NCBI GenBank assembly: GCA_963678065.2
Contig: CAXXVZ010000003.1
Location: 352,001-416,000, forward strand
Direction of reading: 5' to 3'
Source of the DNA: Treponemataceae bacterium
GTDB taxonomy: Bacteria; Spirochaetota; Spirochaetia; Treponematales; Rectinemataceae
Length of the DNA stretch: 64,000 bases
The notes beneath the pieces were generated by a model. It had not been told where the DNA came from. It did no database searches and saw nothing but the letters and a program-made list of their open reading frames with translations. Shown piece after piece: positions 59,874 through 64,000 of this stretch. A program made the translations under genes and the position numbers. How positions within the stretch are numbered: position 1 is the first letter of the stretch; each line of letters opens with the position of its first letter.

Positions 59874-62774
59874 GTGTTTCTGAAAAGTCTCGAAATATTC
59901 GGCTTCAAGTCCTTCGCGGACCATACACGGATAGAATTTGCGGAAGGTATCTCCGCCCTGCTTGGCCCGAACGGCTGCGGGAAGTCCAATGTGGTCGACG
60001 CGATAAAGTGGGTTGTTGGAGAACAGTCTCCGAAGAGCCTCCGTGCGGACAGCATGGAGGACATCATTTTTAACGGAACGGAGAAGCGCAAGGCTCTGTC
60101 TGTCGCCGAAGTGACTCTCACGATCTGCAACGAGAACGGCCGACTCCCCCTCGATATGCCCGAAATCTCGATCAAGCGCAGGCTCTATCGCTCCGGCGAG
60201 GGCGAGTACTTCATCAACGGGGTACAGGCCAAGCTCAAGGAAATCAGGGAACTGTTCTGGGATACCGGTATCGGTAAATCGGCCTACTCCGTCATGGAGC
60301 AGGGCAAGATCGACCAGATACTCTCCTCGAAACCGGAGGACAGGCGATACCTTTTCGAGGAAGCCGCGGGCATAACCAAACACAAAGTGCGTTCGCGCGA
60401 GGCCGAGCTCAAGCTCGAACACACGGAAGAGAACATGCGGCAGGTCGGGGGCATCCTCGGCGAGGTCAAGCGCAGTCACGATTCGCTCAAGATGCAATCG
60501 GACAAGACGGTCAAGTACAGGACTCTGCGGGACGAAATCTTCAACGCCGAACTCGATCTCCACCTCCTCAGACTTCGGCAGTTCGTCCAGGAAAAAGACA
60601 GACGGGACGCGGACATACGGGCCAAGACTCTCGCCCGCGACACCGTGAAGTCGGAGATCGACGGACTGGACGGACTTTTGCGCGAGAGCCTCGACGTGGT
60701 CAACGGCATGGAATCCACCCTCATCGGCATCCAGAAGACTGTCTATGGTCTCGCGGTGGAGCGCAACGGCAAAGAAAAGCAGCGCAAACTCCTCGAAGAG
60801 AAGGTCGGCGAGGCGAAGATCAAGATAGATCAGGCGCGTCTCCGGCACAAAACCGTCAAAGACAAGGTAGAATCCCTGCGCGAGGAAGAGGACGAGAAGA
60901 ACAGCGAACTGGCTTCGCTGAAGATTCGACTTCGGGATGTAGAAAAAAACATACAAGATTTTGATGCTGGCATCAAATCCGCCGAATTAACGGTGCGGAG
61001 CAATGAGAACTCTGTCGCCCGAGCCGAAACTGACATCAGGGAGCTCGAGGGTGGCCGCGGTGAGGCCCGACAGAGACTCGACGAGATAACCGAGGATATC
61101 GTCGCCCAGCTCGACGCGAGGCTGAGGGACTCAGGATATTCCGGCCAGGAACGCGAGTCAGCGGAGCGGAGCATAGAGGCCCTCATCGGTTCCATCCGCT
61201 CCCGGCTCTCCGGAAAGGCTGTCCTCATGGAGGATCTCGCGCGGATGACCAGCGCCCCGGCTTCTGATCTCGGAAGCATCATCGAGAAGACTAAAAGAGA
61301 CCTCGAGGAGGCGGCGGCCAAGGCTGAGGAACTCGGCGTCCGGTACGAGGACTACAAGAAGACTACTCCGTCTTTTATCGACGAGTTTCTTTCTCCGGAA
61401 GGAATTATTACCAAGAAGCGGGCTATCGACCGTGAAATCGCCGCCTGCGACGAGGGAGTGGAGGCTCGCAGGGAAAGGATAGCTGCCTGGCGCGTGGAAA
61501 ACCGAAGCCTCTCCGAGAAGGTCGAGGGATACAGGAAAACGCTCGAGGAATTGCGGGGCAACCGGATACGGATGCAGACACAAGGGACAGCGGCCGAGGA
61601 GAGCCTCGCCATGTTCCGCCGCGAGATAGCCGGGCAGGAGGCTTTCCTCCGCGAACTCGAGAACGAGATTTTCCTCGAGGAGAGGCGGCTTCTGGATTCG
61701 GAGGAGGAGCTGGAGACCCTGGACGGGGAAATCGCCGATATAGAGGCTCGCGGAAGAGCCCTGACGTCGGAGCTGGAGAAGCTCGAGGCGGACATCGCTT
61801 CGCGCAATTCCGAACTCGGAAAACGGCGCGAGGAACTCGCCAGAAAGACCGAGCGGATGTCGGCCATACAGGTCGACCTGGAACGCCTGCACCTGGGGCT
61901 GGCCCAGATCGAGACGGAAATCCGGAACGTGAAGGAGAACTTCTCCGAGCAGTATTCCCGCGATCTCGGCGAGTTCGAGGAGAGGATGTTCGAAATTCGG
62001 ACTCCCGTGACCGAGCTCAGGGACAACCTGGCCTCGCTCAGGCAGAGGCTGAAGGATCTCGGCTCGGTCAACCTCATGGCTCCGGAGGAGTACGCCGAGG
62101 TGAAGGAGCGCTACGACTTCCTCTCGGGCCAGATAGCCGATCTCGAGAAGGCGCGCCTGGATCTGAAGCGGATTACCGAAGAAATCCGCAACGAGAGCGC
62201 CGAACTCTTCCTCGCCACCTACAACAAGATCAAGAAGAATTTCCATAATATGTTCCGGAGACTCTTTGGCGGAGGACGTGGAGAGCTGCGCCTCGTCGAT
62301 CCGGACCATGTCCTTGAGTCCGGCATCGAGATATTCGCCCAGCCGCCTGGAAAGAAGCTGGAGGCTATAAGCCTCCTCTCGGGCGGGGAAAAGACCCTCA
62401 CGGCTATAGCCCTGCTCTTCGCAACGTACATGGTCAAACCTTCCCCTTTCTGTTTCCTCGACGAGATCGACGCGGCCCTCGACGAGGCCAACGTCAACCG
62501 TTTCGTCAACCTCCTGCGCGAGTTCGGAAGGACGAGCCAGTTCGTCATCATCACGCACAACAAGAAAACCGTGACGGGAGCGGGCACCCTCCTCGGTGTC
62601 ACCATGGAAGAGTCGGGTGTCACGAAGGCCATCGCCGTCAAGCTGGAGAGGTCGGGCGAGAACGTCGCATTCATGCGCGCCGTCGATGAAATCTGGGAAG
62701 AAGAGGAAGTCGCCTACGAGAAGGGCAGGGAGCTTCCTCCTGCGGACGAGGGCGGGAAGGCCTCCGCCTCATGA
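59874..62774 (+). CDS. smc: Chromosome segregation protein SMC (short form)
   Basis: FGFKSF, GPNGCGKSN, EQG Q-loop, FEEAAG, LSGGE, FLDEIDAALD, ITH; long coiled coils. Confidence 0.95.
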   Translation: MFLKSLEIFGFKSFADHTRIEFAEGISALLGPNGCGKSNVVDAIKWVVGEQSPKSLRADSMEDIIFNGTEKRKALSVAEVTLTICNENGRLPLDMPEISIKRRLYRSGEGEYFINGVQAKLKEIRELFWDTGIGKSAYSVMEQGKIDQILSSKPEDRRYLFEEAAGITKHKVRSREAELKLEHTEENMRQVGGILGEVKRSHDSLKMQSDKTVKYRTLRDEIFNAELDLHLLRLRQFVQEKDRRDADIRAKTLARDTVKSEIDGLDGLLRESLDVVNGMESTLIGIQKTVYGLAVERNGKEKQRKLLEEKVGEAKIKIDQARLRHKTVKDKVESLREEEDEKNSELASLKIRLRDVEKNIQDFDAGIKSAELTVRSNENSVARAETDIRELEGGRGEARQRLDEITEDIVAQLDARLRDSGYSGQERESAERSIEALIGSIRSRLSGKAVLMEDLARMTSAPASDLGSIIEKTKRDLEEAAAKAEELGVRYEDYKKTTPSFIDEFLSPEGIITKKRAIDREIAACDEGVEARRERIAAWRVENRSLSEKVEGYRKTLEELRGNRIRMQTQGTAAEESLAMFRREIAGQEAFLRELENEIFLEERRLLDSEEELETLDGEIADIEARGRALTSELEKLEADIASRNSELGKRREELARKTERMSAIQVDLERLHLGLAQIETEIRNVKENFSEQYSRDLGEFEERMFEIRTPVTELRDNLASLRQRLKDLGSVNLMAPEEYAEVKERYDFLSGQIADLEKARLDLKRITEEIRNESAELFLATYNKIKKNFHNMFRRLFGGGRGELRLVDPDHVLESGIEIFAQPPGKKLEAISLLSGGEKTLTAIALLFATYMVKPSPFCFLDEIDAALDEANVNRFVNLLREFGRTSQFVIITHNKKTVTGAGTLLGVTMEESGVTKAIAVKLERSGENVAFMRAVDEIWEEEEVAYEKGRELPPADEGGKASAS

Positions 62775-64000
62775 GCCGGGGTACGGATATGAGCAGGACC
62801 GTTCTTCTCTTCCGGGATGATCCCGGGCTTAGCCGACAAAAGGCGACGATCCTCTCCGCCGAAGCGACGAAGGGCGGAATCGCAGTGATCGTGGACAGGA
62901 CGATCTTCTATCCAGAGGGCGGTGGGCAACCTTGCGATTCCGGCACGATTGCCGGCAGGAAGATCCTTTCGGTCGAAGAGAGGTCGGGTCTCGTCATCCA
63001 CTTCCTCGAGCCAGGGGACCATGGTCCCGAGATGCCTGAAGCACCGACTCATTCTCCCCTGTGTCCGGGGGAGACCGTCGATCTGGTTCTCGACGGAGCG
63101 CGTCGGCGTGATTTTACGGAACAGCACAGCGCCCAGCACCTGCTTTCGGCCACCATCCTTTCGCTGTGTGGGGCCCAGACAGTATCGATGCATCTTGGGG
63201 CAGAAAAGTCGACAATAGACGTCGATATTCCTTTTCTCGAGACCTCTCTCCTCGCCGACGTGGAGAGGATTGTGAACGAGAGGATCGCGCAGGCCTTGCC
63301 TGTGCTGGTCCATCTCTGTCCACCGGATGATCCAGCCTCATTTCCTCTGCGAAAACGACCTCCCTCCGGAGAAGAAGTCATCAGGATCGTCGATATCGGA
63401 GGCATCGATTACAGCCCCTGCTGTGGCACCCATGTCGCTTCCACCCTGGAACTGCGCCTCCTCGCTATCACCGGCGCCGAAAAATACAAGGGGATGATGA
63501 GGCTGAGCTTCGTGGCTGGCGGCCGTGCGGCGAGGTATCTCTCGGCCCGCTCCGCTCTCCTTGATCAGGCCGCCGTCGGTCTCGGCGTCACCGGGACCGA
63601 GCTTCCGAAGAGAGTCGCGGGCCTCTCCCAGAGGCTTCTGGCAAGGGAATCCGATGTCGACGCCCTCCTGAAACTCGCGGCGCGCCAGCGGGTTGAACTC
63701 GATCTGGCCCGAGAGGTGGAGCTGGAAGGGGAGGGCTGCTTCGCTGCAGAATGCCCAGCTGCCTGCGCTTCGGACGAAGAATCTGCCCGCGCGGGGCGGG
63801 GTCGGACTCTCGTGCTTGATGGGCCAGGCGTAGAATCCGGCGCCACATCTGCTCTCGAGTGTTCACGAGCCTTCGCGGCCGCCGGCAGGGCGGCGATCGT
63901 CGTTTCGATTCCCGAACTCACAGTCTGCGTCGCCGCGCCCGAGGGCTTCCACCCTGGGGGACAAAGCGAGGGAACATCCTCCCTCGCGAAGCTTCTCGCT
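62771..64000 (+). CDS. AlaX-type alanyl-tRNA editing protein (truncated by window end)
   Basis: Translated by hand: DRTIFYPEGGGQPCD, EQHSAQHLLS (HxxxH), PCCGTHV (CxxxH); alternative start at 62789. Confidence 0.88.
   Translation, partial: MSRGTDMSRTVLLFRDDPGLSRQKATILSAEATKGGIAVIVDRTIFYPEGGGQPCDSGTIAGRKILSVEERSGLVIHFLEPGDHGPEMPEAPTHSPLCPGETVDLVLDGARRRDFTEQHSAQHLLSATILSLCGAQTVSMHLGAEKSTIDVDIPFLETSLLADVERIVNERIAQALPVLVHLCPPDDPASFPLRKRPPSGEEVIRIVDIGGIDYSPCCGTHVASTLELRLLAITGAEKYKGMMRLSFVAGGRAARYLSARSALLDQAAVGLGVTGTELPKRVAGLSQRLLARESDVDALLKLAARQRVELDLAREVELEGEGCFAAECPAACASDEESARAGRGRTLVLDGPGVESGATSALECSRAFAAAGRAAIVVSIPELTVCVAAPEGFHPGGQSEGTSSLAKLLA

Overview
This is a GC-rich bacterial chromosome segment, probably from a free-living anaerobic spirochaete (inferred from the FabV/Ter enzyme, the short SMC and the HTH-EIIA fusion). 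The left part (1-26 kb) is accessory carbohydrate metabolism. It holds two inositol-catabolism operons with an identical promoter/operator layout (IDH-ABC transporter-iolI, and iolG-iolB-iolD-iolE), separated by an AraC-regulated sugar ABC/mutarotase/aldehyde dehydrogenase block. These are followed by an unusual four-gene unit: archaeal-type (type II) GAPDH, archaeal-type PGK, malic enzyme and a LarA nickel-pincer racemase. The GAPDH/PGK pair has foreign codon usage and altered phosphate-binding residues; this unit is the best candidate for an undescribed pathway. The right part (27-64 kb) is mostly core genes: an Ami-like opp operon, a nucleoside kinase, LacI, pepF, rsmE, a fabH-fabF-fabX-fabZ-fabV cluster with a perfect 17-bp inverted repeat upstream, an SSS symporter, ftsH, orphan groES, two PTS EIIA proteins, a DAACS symporter, a threonine-synthase-like protein lacking the PLP lysine, tRNA-Arg(CCT), a multidomain class III cyclase, an RNB nuclease, rplM-rpsI-recX, a hinge-less SMC and a partial AlaX. 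No CRISPR array, transposase, integrase or prophage was seen. All family calls come from motif recognition by eye; no database searches were run.
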